Shown here one piece after another: positions 26,058 to 26,198 of a stretch of DNA of 26,198 nucleotides. Made by a program: the position numbers and the translations under genes. The DNA comes from Gemmatimonadota bacterium (GTDB taxonomy: Bacteria > Gemmatimonadota > Gemmatimonadetes > Gemmatimonadales > Gemmatimonadaceae). Under the pieces are notes generated by a model. That model was not told the DNA's origin and ran no database searches. It saw only the letters and a program-made list of their open reading frames with translations. Every line of letters begins with the position of its first letter. Position 1 is the first letter of the stretch. The stretch is from assembly GCA_031372565.1 (NCBI GenBank), contig JANMLN010000037.1, forward strand, positions 1 through 26,198. The letters are read 5' to 3'.

Positions 26058-26198
26058 AACCCCGCCCCACACCCCAAAAAAAAACCCCTCCCAACAGCTC
26101 AAACCACAAACATCGCAAACGGCTATTAAAACAAATAATTCACCCCCAACAAAAAAAACACCCAAAACATAAAATACATAAACAGGATATAGTACGAA

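Noticed and set aside
26126..26198. A-rich low-complexity tail and the 62-aa minus-strand ORF 25977-26165
   Set aside because: Composition is unlike the rest of the window and consistent with poor-quality terminal sequence. The ORF has no protein-like features.
1..26198. CRISPR array, rRNA, tRNA or IS transposase
   Set aside because: No regularly spaced repeats, structural RNA signatures or transposase/integrase motifs were seen.

Overview
High-GC bacterial chromosome segment. The gene content suggests Gemmatimonadota, which is an inference only. The left part is housekeeping: an FAD oxidoreductase (partial), a cupin, a DUF1499 lipoprotein, and a squalene synthase divergent from a ferrochelatase that carries the animal-type [2Fe-2S] cysteine set. 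The middle (about 5.8-14.4 kb) is an accessory defence patch with a decayed DUF433 antitoxin, a complete jetABCD Wadjet operon and a convergent AAA+/DUF4143 ATPase. That ATPase has a leaderless sigma70-type promoter overlapped by a palindromic operator. The right part is a long minus-strand run (membrane protein, lipoprotein, double zinc-ribbon protein, RNase HI with a non-canonical active site, a tiny WYL-like ORF, M20 deacylase, GHMP kinase, PhaF-like protein), then a CoA transferase, an ECF sigma/anti-sigma pair, DinB and lpdA. The most unusual element is at the far right: a GxxExxY PD-(D/E)XK-type nuclease gene enclosed by CACAGAG-rich inverted repeats whose mismatches are mostly G-U wobbles on the lpdA strand. 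All family assignments come from motif recognition, not database searches.
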